NCBI GenBank assembly: GCA_030390025.1
Contig: CM059433.1
Coordinates: forward strand, 14,634,001 to 14,698,000
DNA: 64,000 nucleotides
Direction: 5' to 3'
From: Squalus acanthias
Taxonomy: Eukaryota
Shown: piece after piece, positions 48,015 through 61,186 of the stretch
Layout: each line of letters opens with the position of its first letter
How positions within the stretch are numbered: position 1 is the first letter of the stretch
Notes under the pieces: generated by a model
Seen by the model: only the letters and a program-made list of their open reading frames with translations
What the model was told of the DNA's origin: nothing
Databases searched by the model: none
Translations under genes and position numbers: made by a program

Positions 48015-50930
48015 AAATTCATTTCTGGGATGTGGGCGTCGCTGGCAAGGCCAGCATTTATTGCCCATCCCTAGTTGCTAGAGAAGGTGGTGGTGAGCCA
48101 CCTTCTTGAACCGCTGCAGTCCGTGAGGTGAAGATACTCCCACAGTGCTGTTAGGGAGGGAGTTCCAGGATTTTGACCCAGCGACAATGAAGGATCGGCG
48201 ATATACTTCCAAGTCAGGATGGTGTGTGACTTGGAGGGGAACTTGGAGGTGGTGGTGTTCCCATGCGTCTGCTGCCCTTGTCCTTCTAGGTGGTAGAGGT
48301 CGGCAACACGGTGGCATAGTGGTTAGCACTGTTGCCTCACAGCGCCAGGGACCCGGGTTCGAATCCGGCCACGGGTGACTGTCTGTGTGGAGTTTGCACA
48401 TTCTCCCCGTGTCTGCGTGAGTTTCCTTGGGGTGCTCCGGTTTCCTCCCACAGTCCAAAGATGTGCGGGTTAGGTTGATTTGGCTATGATAAATTGATCC
48501 TTAGTGTTAGGGGGATTAAATATGTGTGGTTACGGGGATAGGGTGGGACATGTGTCGGTGCAGGCTCGATGGGCCGAAATGGCCTCTACCTGCACTGTGG
48601 GGATTCTGTGATTCTGTGAGGTCGTGGGTTTGGGAGGTGCTGCCGAAGAAGCCTTGGTGAGTTGCTGCAGTACATCTTGTAGATGGTACACACTGCAGCC
48701 ACGGTACGCCGGTGGTGGAGGGAGTGAATGTTTATGGTGGTGGATGGGGTGCCAATCAAGCGGGCTGCTTTGTCCTGGATGGTGTCGAGCTTCTTGAGTG
48801 TTGTTGGAGCTGCACTCATCTAGGAAAGTGGAGAGTATTCCATCGCACTCCTGACTTGTGCCTTGTAGATGGTGGAAAGGCTTTGGGGAGTCAGGAGGTG
48901 AGACACTCGCTGCAGAATACCCAGCCTCTGAACTGCTCTTGTTGCCACAGTATTTATGTGGCTGGTCCAATTAAGTTTCTGGTCAATGGTGACCCCCAGG
49001 ATATTGATGGTGGGGGATTTGGCGATGGTAATGCTGTTGAATGTGAAGGGGTGGTGGTTAGACACTTGCTTTTTGGAGATAATCATTGCCTGGCACTTGT
49101 GTGGCGCGAAAGTTACCTGCCACTTATCAGCCCAAGCCTGAATGTCATCTAGGTCTTGTTGCATGCAGGCATGGACTGCTTCATTATCTGAGGAGTTGAG
49201 AATGTCACTGAACACTGTGCAGTCATCAGCAAACATCCCTACTTCTGACCTTATGATGGAGGGAAGGTCATTGGTGAAGCAGCTTAAGAGGGTTGGGCCT
49301 AGGACACTGCCCTGAGGAACTCCTGCAGCGATGTCCTGGGGCTGTGACCAACCACCACAACCATCTTCCTTTGTGCTAGGTATGAATCCAGCCAGTGGAG
49401 AGTTTTCCCCCTGATTCCCATTGGCTCCAGTTTTACTAGGGCTCAATGATGCCATTCTCAGTCAAATGCTGCCTTGATGTCAAGGGCAGTCACTCTCACC
49501 TCACCTCTGGAATTCAGCTCTTTTGGCCATGTTTGGATCAAGGCTGTAATGAGGTCGGGAGCCGAGTGGTCCTGGCGGAACTCAAACTGGGCATCCGTGA
49601 GCAGGTTATTGGTGAGTAAGTGCAGCTTGATGGCACTGTGGACAACACCTTCCATCACTTTGCTAATGATTGAGAGTAGACTGATGGGGCAGTAATTGTC
49701 TGGATTGGATTTGTCCTGCTTTTTATGGACAGGAGATACCTGGGCAGTTTTCCACATTGTCAGATAGGTTCCAGTGTTATAGCTGTACTGGAACAGCTTG
49801 GCTAGAGACGCGGCTAGTTCTGGAGCACAAGTCTTCAGCACGATAGCCGGGATGTTGTCGGGGCCCATAGCCTTTGCTGTATCCAGTGTGCTCAGCCGTT
49901 TCTTAATATCATGTGGAGTGAATCGAATTGGCTGAAGCCTGACTTCTGTGGTGGTGGGGACCTCAGGAGGAGGCCGATATGGATCATCCACTCGGCATTT
50001 CTGGCTGAAGTTGGTTGCAAACGCTTCAGCCTTGTCTTTTGCACTCACGTGCTGGGTGCCACCATCATTGAGGATGGGGATATTCACGCAGCCTCCTCCT
50101 CACATTCGTTGTTTAATGGTCCTCCACCATTGCCGACTGGATGTGGCAGGACTTCAGAGCTTTGATCTGATCCGTGGATTGTGGGTCCGCTTAGCCCTGT
50201 CTATAGCATGCTGCTTCCGCTTTTTAGCATGCATGTAGTCCTGTGTTGCAGCTTCCCCAGGTTGGCACCTCATTTTTTGGTATGCCTGGAGCTGCTCCTG
50301 GCATGCTCTTCTACACTCGTTGTTGAACCAGGGTTGGTCCCCTGGCTTAATGGTAATGGTAGAGTGAGGGATATGCCGGGCTATGAGGTTACAGATTGTG
50401 GTGGAATACAATTCTGCTGCTGCTGATGGCCCACAGCACCTCATGGATGCCCCGTTTTGAGCTGCTATATGTGTTCTGAATCTGTCCCATTTAGCACGGT
50501 GTTACTGCCACATAACACGATGGAGGGTGTCCTCAGTGTGAAGACAGGACTTCATCTCCACAATGACTGTGCGGTGGTCACTGCTACCAATACTGTCATG
50601 GACAGATGCATCTGTGACAATTAAATTGGTGAGGATGAGGTCAAGCAGGTTTTTCCCTCGTGTTGGTTCTCTCACCACCTGTCGCAGGCCCAGACTGGCA
50701 GTTGTGTCCTTCAGGACTCAGCCAGTAGTGGTGCTACCGAGCCACTCTTGGTGATGGACATTCTGTGCCCTTGCTCCTCTCAGTGATTCTTCCAAGTGGT
50801 GTTCAACATGGAGGCGTACTAATTCATCAGCTGTGGGAGGGCGGTAGGTGGTAATCAGCAGGAGGTTTCCTTGCCCATGCTTGACTTGAAGCCATGAGAT
50901 TTCATGGGGTCCAGTGTCAATGTTGAGGAC
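48015..50930 (-). mobile_element. Second CR1-group LINE family, ~2.6 kb of endonuclease to RT, degenerate
   Basis: KAMGPDNIP, PISLLSIISKVME, RGEVRVTALDIKAAFD, GVPQGSVLGP, MFADD; tail matches 17920-17986. Confidence 0.93.
48303..48617 (+). mobile_element. HE1-like V-SINE, full length
   Basis: tRNA head (tggcatagtgg, gggttcgaatcc), V domain (gtgtggagtttgcacattctccccgtg...ctccggtttcctcccaca), CR1-type tail, 7-bp TSD gaggtcg (48296-48302 and 48618-48624). Confidence 0.93.
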
Positions 50931-50937
50931 ATTGTGT

Positions 50938-52285
50938 AGTGGGGAAAATGCTAGAGTCCATTATGAAAGATGTAATAGCAGAGCACTTGGAAAACAGTGA
51001 CAGGATCAGACAAAGTCAACATGGATTTACAAAAGGTAAATCATGCTTGACTAATCTATTGGAATTTTTTGAGGATGTAACTGGTAGAATAGATAAGGGA
51101 GAACCAGTGGATGTGGTGTATTTGGACTTTCAGAAGGCTTTTGATAAGGTCCCACATAAGAGATTAGCGTGCAAAGTTAAAGCACACGGGATTGGGGGTA
51201 AGGTACTGTCTTAGATAGAGAACTGGTTGGCAGACAGGAAGCAAAGAGTTGGAATAAACGGGTCTTTTTCCGAGTGGCAGGCAGTGACTAGTGGGGTACC
51301 GCAGGGATCGGTGCTAGGACCCCAACTATTCACAATATATATATATATAAATGATCTAGACGAGGGAACTAGATGTAATATCTCCAAGTTTGCAGACGAC
51401 ACAAAGTTGGGTGGGTGTGTGTGCTGTGAGGAGGATGCAGAGAAACTCCAGTATGATTTGGACAGGTTGGGTGATTGGGCAGATGCATGGCAGATGCAGT
51501 ATAATGTGGAAAAATGCGAGGTTATCCACTTCGGTGGCAAAAACAGGAAGACAGATTATTATCTGAACAGCAATAGATTGGGAAAAGGGGAAGTGCAACG
51601 AAGCCTGGGTGTCCTTGTGCACCAGTCGCTGAAGGTAAGCATGCAGGTGCAGCAGGCAGTTAAGAAGGCAAATGGTATGTTGGCCTTCATAGCGAGAGGA
51701 TTCGAGTACAGGAGCAAGGATGTCTTGCTGCAGTTGTACAGGGCCTTGGTGAGACCACACCTTGAGTATTGTGTGCAGTTTTGGTGACCTTATCTGAGGA
51801 AGGATGTTCTTGCCATGGAGAGAGTGCAGTGAAAATTCACCAGACTGATACCTGGGATGGCAGGAATGACGTATGAGGAGAGATTGGGTCGATTAGACTT
51901 ATATTCGCTAGAGTTTAGAAGAATGAGAGGGGATCTCATTGAAACTTATAAAATTCTAACAGGACTAGATGCAGGAAGGATGTTCCCGATGGCGGGGGAG
52001 TCCAGAACCAGGGGTCACAGTCTAAGGGGTAAGCCATTTAGGACTGAGATCAGGAGGAATTTCTTCACCCAGAGAGTGGTGAACCTGTGGAATTCTCTAC
52101 CACAAAAGGCAGTTGAGGCCAATTCATTAAATATATTCAAGAAGGAGTTAAATATATTTCTTAAGGCTAAAGGGATATGGGGAGAAAGCAGGGACAGGGT
52201 ACTGAATTTGGATGATCAGCCATGATCTCATTAAATGGCGGAGCAGGCTCGAGGGGCCGCATGGCCTGCTCCTGCCTTTCTATGT
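50938..52285 (+). mobile_element. Young CR1 LINE 3' portion
   Basis: ORFs 50939-51214, 51227-51787 and 51857-52225 with the canonical CR1 RT motifs. Confidence 0.96.
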
Positions 52286-52461
52286 AGATGGGTTTTTACG
52301 ACAATCTGAGTTTCATGGTTACCATTACTGATATTAGTTTTTTATTTAATTAACTGAATTTAAATTCCCCAGCTGCTGTGGTGGGATTTGAACTCACGTC
52401 ACTGGATCATTAGTCCAAGCCTCTAGGATTACTAATCCAGTAACATAACCACTATGCTACC
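52286..52461 (-). mobile_element. tRNA-derived SINE head (third family)
   Basis: Minus strand ggtagcatagtggtt (A box) ... gagttcaaatcccacc (B box). Confidence 0.75.
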
Positions 52462-52517
52462 ATTCCCAATATTAGCAGTTAGGTGTTCCTATGTTCCTAT
52501 ATCGTCAAATACAATAC

Positions 52518-52661
52518 CTGCATTGCCCCATTACACAATGGGACAGATTAAGCCTAGAATTCTGCGAAATTCTTGATAAGAATTGTCACTACAGAGCCAG
52601 GAAGCTCATATACAGCTGAACAGTTATCAGCGTTGCATACACTGACGTAAGACTCAAACTT
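52518..52661 (-). other. Candidate 144-nt exon (5'UTR plus ATG GGG CAA TGC AG, or a terminal hydrophobic tail)
   Basis: Strong acceptor tctctcttttcttttag and donor cag|gtattg. All three frames hit stops before the late ATG at 52531. Confidence 0.35.
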
Positions 52662-53054
52662 CTAAAAGAAAAGAGAGACTAATCTATATAATTCTTTGTG
52701 TGAATTTTATGCTCATCAAGGTGAGGAATGTTAGTGTTGGAGAATAGAAGATTAACATCCAGGTATCCAGTGCCAGTATTAAGTGTTGCAACATCAGGTG
52801 AAACACAAGGGTAACATTTATGAATGAAAACCATAGGATCTGCAAATCGGGCACATGCCTGAATTCCCAAAATGCCTTCCAGGCTTGTGCTGGAGAAAAA
52901 TGTATCCTATAAAGCTTCCACGCATCCCCTACTCTACTTCAACAATATGCCCCAGCCCCAACCACTGGAGAACCCACTGCACCATTTTACATTTCCCGCA
53001 TTAGCCAGCCTCTGAGTAAGATTGCCATTTTAGTACCAGTTAGGCTCAATTTTA

Positions 53055-53205
53055 CATAAGAACATAAGAAAATAAGAATTAAGAACAGGAGTCGGCCATA
53101 CGGCCCCTCGAGCCTGCTCCGCCATTTAATAAGATCATGGCTGATCTTTGACCTCACCTCCACTTTCCCACCTGATCTCTGTATCTCTTGATTCCTTAGA
53201 GTTCA
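53055..53205 (-). mobile_element. CR1 3' UTR (a further CR1 piece lies at 55465-55645)
   Basis: cataagaacataag tail and ggcccctcgagcctgctccgcc. Confidence 0.88.
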
Positions 53206-55450
53206 AGGCCGGAACTTTCCTTACCGAATCGGGTCAGGTGCGCGCAGGTCGCCTGGCAGGTCGGCACCACGTTGTACTGATGAGCTCGCTCTCAGAGCGA
53301 CCTTCAATTAATGGCCCCTATTAAGGCTGAGGTGCGAGTTTCCCAGCCCTATTAAATGGTGCGGGTCTGATGATGCAATTGATGACTCATTTCCAATGGA
53401 GATATTTAAAGCAGCCTTGTCCACAGCGCATTTGAAGGTTGATCTAGGAGTGTGGAGGGAGGATATTGGAGGATCTTGTTATTGCTCAGACTTGTAAACA
53501 TGATTTCCCAAAGACAGAGGGCTGCACCCACATTTTTCGATGACTCCCTACATGTTCTTGTGGAGGGAGTCAGAGCACGCTGGGAGGTCCTCTTCCCTGC
53601 TGATGGGCGGAATAGACCTCCCCAGGAGACAAAAAGAGCCTGGATCCAAATAGCTGAGGAGGTCAACAGCAGAGATGTGGTGAGGAGGACCTGGGTGCAG
53701 TGACGGAAGCGCTTCAATGATCTGATGAGATCAGGAAAGGTGAGTGCAAAGCCACACTTACCTTCATCCTGATGTACCGGTCACCACATCCCCATCACTC
53801 TGCCTTCCCAAGCCTACTCCTGCACATCATTACTCACACCAACATACCTTTCACCTCCACCCATCCCTCTCTCCCTATGTATATACTCACATCCCCAAAA
53901 AACTAACCACCCCTCACACTCACCCTCATCCTAATACAATCATACCAACTAACACCACACACGGAGGCCATTTTGCATTGGCACCTCACTCCCTCAGTCA
54001 CCCTCTACAGATGTAACCCACACAATGCTTACACTCATGCCACCACTCTCACTCAAACTTCTCTTCTTTCCCTCCTTGCAGAAGAGAGCTCACAACAGCA
54101 GGGAGAGGGAGAGAACCGGAAGTGGCCCTCCATCCTTCAGCACTTTAACTCCAGTGGAGGAGGTGGCCCTGGAGGTCTCAAGTGCTGTAGAGCTGCTGAC
54201 AGTGGGAGATGGAGAGAGGGAGACCTCTCAGCAACTTGGTGACAGAATTACATCTCATAGCCACATGGCATACAGCAGTCACTCATATGGTGACTGATGT
54301 CAGCAGCCAGTGAATGTTCATTATGTGCATAATGGTATCGTTACCCATTCTTAATATAACATTTCTAAATCATCTCTTTGCTCTCCCACAGGTCCATCAA
54401 GAGCCCCCCCAACCCCCGCACCCTCTACCCCACCCACTGTCCAGCTGGAGGTGGAAGACGACTCATCAGAGGAGCCTCCAGCCTCTGAGGGTGCACCGTC
54501 AGCATACCCAAGCGCAGATACGTACACCTCAGTGGGTGCTACGCAAGATAAAGTAGGGTTGTCACCTACTGTCTCACAAGTGAGCAAGAGCAGTTGGTGG
54601 AAACGGACAGCAGTGGAGACTCCTCGCTGGAGGGTGCAGGACGCTGCCAACTCTGCTCAGCTGCATGCAGACGCTGAGCCTCGGGGGCCATCGAGAAAGA
54701 GGGCGATCCTGGAAGGGCAGCAACAACTGCAATGTCTGCAAATGTGCAGAGAATGGAGGAGTCCATTTCCAACATGAGCACCACCATGTCGCAGGCGATG
54801 GCGACGGTATGCTCTTCCATGGAAAGGATGGCCATCTGCATGGAGCAACTAATGCGCCAGTCACAGGAGCACATGCTAGCCCAGGAAAACAGATGGCAGA
54901 GACTCATAGACCTCCCCTCTAGGAGAGATCTAAACGTAGACTTGGGTCCTCATGGCCCCACTGCTGTGCAGCAAGGTGCTCGCCAGCTCCTTGCTAGCAG
55001 GGAAGTGCAGGTGGCCCATAAGAGGGATGATGGTGACAGGATACATGGAAGTGGGGGATCTGCTCAAAGTGCTCACACTTGTCCCCCGCTGCACCCCCAC
55101 CTCGCTCAGTCAGAACCTCAGATGCTCCTCGGATCGCGATGGCTGAGTCTGCCCCTGCACAGTCGCAGGAGGAGCAGACTTTGGTGGGGCCATCAGAGGC
55201 TCCAAAACCCTGAGGACGTCCGCCAAAAGTGTCTACGCAGTCACAGCAGGGGAGTGAGCAGCCTGCCTTTACTTCTGCTGAAGCCATAGGGTTGCACCTC
55301 GTAGAAGCACGCGAAACAGAAAAATGACACAGAAGTAGATGCACAAGGGTAAACACATGGGTGTAGAAAGAAGTATTATTGTTAAGGTTCCGTTACTGTT
55401 ATGACACATATAAAAGTATTTATTTTCACCACTTTCCAGCCATGCCCATT
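53206..55450 (+). mobile_element. Harbinger transposon, Myb-gene half
   Basis: Terminus aggccggaactttcc, followed by the Myb gene and a 3' region similar to 34030-34145. Confidence 0.8.
53500..55338 (+). pseudogene. Harbinger Myb/SANT-like gene, 3 exons (53500-53739, 54082-54238, 54392-55338)
   Basis: RAAPTFFDDSLHVLVEGVRAR...AWIQIAEEV..RDVVRRTWVQ*RKRFNDL..SGK|gtgagt, with a stop at 53701. Exon 2 reads KRAHNSRERERTGSGPP. Confidence 0.87.
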
Positions 55451-56411
55451 ATTGTCTCTCAACACCAGCATTTAATAGTTTCTCACCATTTAAAAAATAT
55501 TCTGTTTTTCTAATCTTCCTAACAAAGTGAATAACCTCACATTTCCCATTATACTCCATCTGCCACCTTATTGCCCACTCACTTGACCTGTCTATATCCC
55601 TTTGCAGGCTCTTTGTCTCCTCCTCACAGCTTACTTTCCCATCTTACTTTTGTGCTGTGGGCCCGTGCACGGTGGGAGCTGCATTGAGAATGCCCATCTA
55701 ACTCATATTGGACTCTTACAGCAACAGGATGGGGCGATAGGCCACAGAAACAAACTATTGTAAGGGGAAGACATCAACCAGAATTTCCATGTTATTAACC
55801 ATAATCAAGACTAATAATTGCCTCCTGCTATCAGCCACCAGGGATCTTATTTGTTAGTTGAATAATGTCAGATCACTCGAGATTGTGCCATGTTAATTAA
55901 GTTTTAAATGTCATGCTACATTAAATTAGAAACTACTGCTTTGTTGCACTTTAAGTAAATGCAAATGGTGCAATAAATTAGTGGATGATCACCATAAAAC
56001 ATTTTCCAGATTCCCTCATGACTGTCAAAATATATTAGAACCGTGTGTCACCATTATATCCTCTGACACATTATATATCCATCTAGGTTCTACTTTATGT
56101 TTAATTGCATTAGTTAGCTGTGTTGACAGTAAGGTTACCCTGCAGAACATTTAGAGCAATCTTGACATATTAAAAGTAAACAACTTGAACAGATTCCACT
56201 AATGGCATATCCTACGAGTGGCTTCCCGAGTAAGCTTAAATTACCGCTGCAGTGCACTGGTGCCTCACATCAATCTCGGAGAGGGGATCAAGATTTAAGT
56301 TCATAAACTAATTAATACATTATTATAAAGTAGCCAAGATGACATTTATTTTAACATAGATATGAAATTAATATTCAGCATGTGATATTTAAATTAACCT
56401 TTAGCGGATTC

Positions 56412-58682
56412 CAGTCGGAGAGCATTTTGGTGACAGTGACCATAATTCGGTGAGATTTAAGGTAGTCATGGAAAAGGACAAAGATGGACCGGAAATAAAG
56501 GTTCTAAATTGGGGGAAGGCCGATTTTAATATGATAAGGCAGGATCTGGCCAAAGTGGACTGGGATCAGCTACTTGTCGGAAAATCCACATCAGAGCAGT
56601 GGGAGTCTTTCAGAAAGGAAATAGAGAGAGTACAGCGCCAACATATTCCTGTAAAGGTCAAGGGTGGGACCAACAAGCCCAGGGAACCCTGGATGTCAAG
56701 GGATATTCAAGAATGGATTAGGAAAAAAAAGGGAGGCTTTTGGCAGATACAAAGGACTAAAAACAGTGGAAGCCCTAGAGGAGTATAGAAAGTGCAGGGG
56801 GGTACTTAAAAAAGAAATTAGGAGAGCAAAGAGGGGGCATGAAAAAACACTGGCGGGCAAAATAAAAGGAAAATCCCAAGGTGTTTTATAAGTATATTAA
56901 GGGCAAGAGGATAACCAGGGAAAGAGTAGGGCCCATTCGGGACCAAAGTGGCAATCTGTGTGTAGAGCCGGAAGATGTAGGTGAGGTTTTAAATTAATAT
57001 TTTGCAGCGGTGTTCACTATGGAGAAGAGCGATGTAGGCATAGAAATCAGGCAGGGAGATTGTGATATACTTGAACAAATTAGTATTGAGAGGGAGGAGG
57101 TACTAGCGGTTTTAGCGGGCTTAAAAGTGGATAAATCCCCAGGCCCAGACGAGATGTATCCCAGGCTGCTGTGTGAGGCAAGGGAGAAGATTGCAGGGGC
57201 TCTGACATAAACTTTCAGAGCTTCTCTGGCCACAGGGGAGGTGCCAGAGGACTAGAGAACAGATAACGTAGTACCATTATTCAAGAAGGGTAATAGGGAT
57301 AAACCAGGGAATTACAGGCCAGTGAGCCTAACATCAGTGGTAGGGAAATTATTGGAAAAAATTCTGAGGGACAGAATTAGTCTCCACTTGGAAAGGCAAG
57401 GATTAATCAAAGATAGTCAGCATGGCTTTGTCAGGGGGAGATCATGTCTGAACAATTTGATTGAATTTTCGAGGGGGTGACTAGGTGTGTGGATGAGGGT
57501 AGTGCAGTTGATGTGGTCTACATGGACTTCAGTAAGGCTTTTGATAAAGTTCCGCATGGGAGACTGGTCAAGAAGGTAAGAGCCCATGGGATCCAGGGCA
57601 ATTTGGCACATTGGATCCAAAATTGGCTCAGTGGCAGGAGGCAGAGGGTGATGGTCGAAGGTTGTTTTTGTGACTGGAAGCCTGTGTCCAGTGGTGTACC
57701 GCAGGGATCGGTGCTGGGTCCTTTGCTGTTTGTAGTGTACATTAATGATTTAGATATGAATGTAGGAGGTATGATCAGTAAGTTCGCAGATGACACGAAA
57801 ATTGGTGGAGTGGTAAATAGTGAGGAGGGAAGCCTCAGGTTACAGGACGATATAGACGGGTTGGTTAGATGGGCAGAACAGTGGCAAATGGAATTTAACC
57901 CTGAAAAGTGTGAGGTAATGCATTTTGGGAGGACTAACAAGGCAAGGGAATACATAATGAATGGTAGGACCCTAGGAAGGACAGAGGATCAGAGGGACCA
58001 AGGTGTGCATGTACATAGATCCCTGAAGGCAGCAGGACAGGTAGATAAGGTGGTTAAAAAGGCATATGGGATACTTGCCTTCATTAGCCGAGGCATAGAA
58101 TATAAGAGCAGGGAGGTTATGATGGAGCTGTACAAAACGCTAGTTAGGCCACAGCTGGAATACTGTGTGCAGTTCTGGTCGCCACACTATAGGAAGGATG
58201 TGATTGCATTGGAGAGGGTTCACCAGGATGTTACCTGGGCTGGAGCGCTTGAGCTATGAAGAGAGACTGGACAGGCTGGGGTTGTTTTCATTAGAGCAGA
58301 GAAGGCTGAGGGGGGACCCGATTGAGGTGTACAAAATTATGAGGGGCATAGATAGGGTAGAAAGAAAGGAACTTTTCCCCTTAGTAGAGGGGTCAATAAC
58401 CAGGGGGCATAGTTTCAAGGTAAGGGGCAGGAGGTTTAGAGGGGATTTGAGGAAAAACTTTTTCACCCAGAGGGTGGTTGGAATCTGGAACTCACTGCCT
58501 GAAAGGGTGGTAGATGCAGGAACCCTCACAACATTCAAGAAGCATTTAGATGAGCACTTGAAACGCCATAGCATACAAGGCTACGGACCAAGTGCTGGAA
58601 AATGGGATTAGAATAGACAGGGCTTAATGGCCGGTGCGGACACGATGGGCCGAAGGGCCTCTTTCTGTGCTGTATGACTATG
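56412..58682 (+). mobile_element. CR1 LINE, ~2.3 kb, frameshifted ORF2
   Basis: [42 protein letters not shown]; 3' UTR gatgggccgaagggcct and tail tatgactatga. Confidence 0.96.
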
Positions 58683-58739
58683 AGTAGAATTTCGGGGAAG
58701 AAAAACTTGCGAGATTCAATTTTTGTTTGAATGTAGGAA

Positions 58740-59325
58740 AATAGTAACAGGAGTAGGCCGTTCGAGCCCTCCAGCCTCTTTCAGCATTCAATTCGATTAT
58801 TGCTGATCTGCACCTCAACTCCATTTATCCGCCTTTGTCCCACATCCCTTGATATCCTTACCCAACAAATATCATTCGATCGCAGTCTTTAAACTTTCAA
58901 TAATTTTGACCTAGAATCCATAGCGTTTTTGGGGGAAGAGAGTTCCAGATTTTTACTTTTTAACCAGAAGTGCTTCCTGATTGCACTCTTGAATGGCTTG
59001 GCTCTAATTTTAAGTTTTATGTCACTTGGTTCAGGATTGATCCACCAGAGGAAAATCGTTTTACTGCATCTCGGCTACAGAATCCTTTTATCAATTTAAA
59101 CAACATGATTGGATCACCTGTCAACCTTCTAAACTCAAGGGAGTACAAAAAAAATGTTTATGCAACCTGTTCTCACAATTTAACCCTTTAAGCCCAGGTA
59201 TCATTATGGCCAATCTGTGTTGTACCCCCTCCAAGACCAATATATCCTTCCTGAGGTTTGATGCCCAACACTGAACACAATACTCCAGATGGTGTCTGAC
59301 CAAGGCTCTGGACAACTGAAGCAAG
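58740..59325 (-). mobile_element. CR1 3' portion, older
   Basis: RALVRHHLEYCVQCW and a CR1 3' UTR. Confidence 0.85.
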
Positions 59326-59864
59326 TTTGATCAAGTTACTTTCCCTTGCTGCATTTTTATATTCCAGATTTCATACTCTGTCCTTTTTCTTCCATCGTTG
59401 TGTAAGATACCCTATTCGTGTACACATATATACATAGGATTTGGATTTGGTTTATTATCATATGATTAAAGGTTTTTACTTGCTTTTTACTTATAAATGG
59501 CTTGTGGATTGGATTTGTACTGCTGCTAGAAATAATGAAATGGTTAAATTGTTCATTCCCACGTTAAGGTTCAAATGTTTACAATTTAGCTGACAGTGCT
59601 GTTGAGATGCAAGAGGTGAGATTCGTGCCTGTTTGACTAAAACTTTGTCAATACATTTTGAAACAATGGGCCCTAGTTGGTAAACAGGTTTGCATCTGGT
59701 GTTTTGACAGGAACTACCTAATTTCTGGGGGCCTTCCTTATGAAAAACAAATGAATCATCAAGGTTACAAGGACAGTATGCGGGACTAGAAGCCTATAAA
59801 GATCTCGAGCTTCCCTTCACAATTTGTAGAGAGCGATGTGAATGAAAGGTTCGATGAAGATTCT

Positions 59865-60622
59865 GGGCCAGAAATTCGGGTCGGAGGCTTCCCGCGGGTG
59901 CAAGCCCCCAACTTGAACTTACCTAGCGCGCCTACCGTTGTGCTGTGGGCCCGCGTGGGATTCCGATCCTGGGCCTCCTCCAGCTGCCGGTGTGCAGTGC
60001 TCACGTATCCCAGGGGCGCAGTTAGTTTGAAGCGTCCCCTGGGATCACGTGGGCCATGGAGAGCCAATCGGAGCAGGGAATCTCCATTCATAGATTTGAC
60101 AGGAAGACCTGTCAAATCTATGAATAGAGAGCAGCCCCAAAACCTAACTAAAACTTCAAATATTTTTTTTTTTAAATCTCATTTTTTAAATAACTATAAA
60201 TTACATAAATTAACTATTTTAAAACAAAAATTTAAATTTTTGAAAAAATTACAGTTTTTAAACGGGGCTAAAAGTAAACTTACCTTTCTTTAAAGTATTT
60301 AAAAAAGATAAACCTGTGGGAAAATGTTTAAATATTACTTAATTCACCACTTACCTTCTTAAAAGCAGGCCTTGCGCCTCCTTTTTCCCCGCGCAGCTGC
60401 CAGGGACTTACCCTCAGAGAAACTTGAAAAACAAGCGGAAGTTCGATGCGTGCGCGCTGCCTCTCCGGTGCACGCGTTTGACCTCCGAACCCCTTCCCTC
60501 AAGGGAACAGAAGTTCCGGTTTCCAGCCCATGCGCAGTGCATGCGCGAAACCGGCACTTTCGTTGGGTCTACGGGTGAGTACACAGCGCGTACTCACCCG
60601 TGGAGACCCGAATTTCTGGCCC
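59865..60622. mobile_element. Harbinger-type MITE, 758 bp
   Basis: Perfect 18-bp TIRs GGGCCAGAAATTCGGGTC / GACCCGAATTTCTGGCCC; 3-bp TSD TCT (59862-59864 and 60623-60625). Confidence 0.93.
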
Positions 60623-61186
60623 TCTGTCTCTACCCAGAGGAAAAATGGGGTAATTGCATTTATTTCTCTGTATGTCCAGTGGTTAGAGATATTGGCCGCG
60701 ATTTCGCCAACAGTGGCAAATCCAGTGCGGCCGGGCTCGGTGGCGGCTTTAAACCCAGCTCCCCTCTTCATCCCGCCTCCTCCAAGTGATTTTGCCCTGA
60801 TTGGGCTTGTTAAGCCCGCCCTGCGAGGTTCCTGGCCAATTAAAAGGAAGCGGGTCTGATGACGCGTCATCAGCTAGTTTCCTTAAAGGGACCATGTACA
60901 CATTCATTTTAACAGTTGTGCTGTCAGTGTTCTACAGCATTGAGGTGCAGCAAACACTGACAAGCACTGCACAAAGGTGCACGGCTGCACCCAGGCTCTC
61001 CCATGACTCCCCCATATGCTTATGGAGGGAGTCACAGCACGGAGGGAGGTTCTCTTCCCTTCCCATGGGCGGAAGAGACCTCCCCAGGAGATCAACGCAG
61101 CCTGATTGCACATTGCACAGGAGGGCACAAGCAGGGATGTCGTCAGGAGGACCAGGCTGCAGTAGTGCAAACCTTTCAATGATCGC

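Noticed and set aside
52554..52661. S100-like TILIKNF or GPI-tail-like SLSLTSVYATLITVQLYMSFLAL readings
   Set aside because: Short resemblance only; stops follow and no supporting upstream exons were found.
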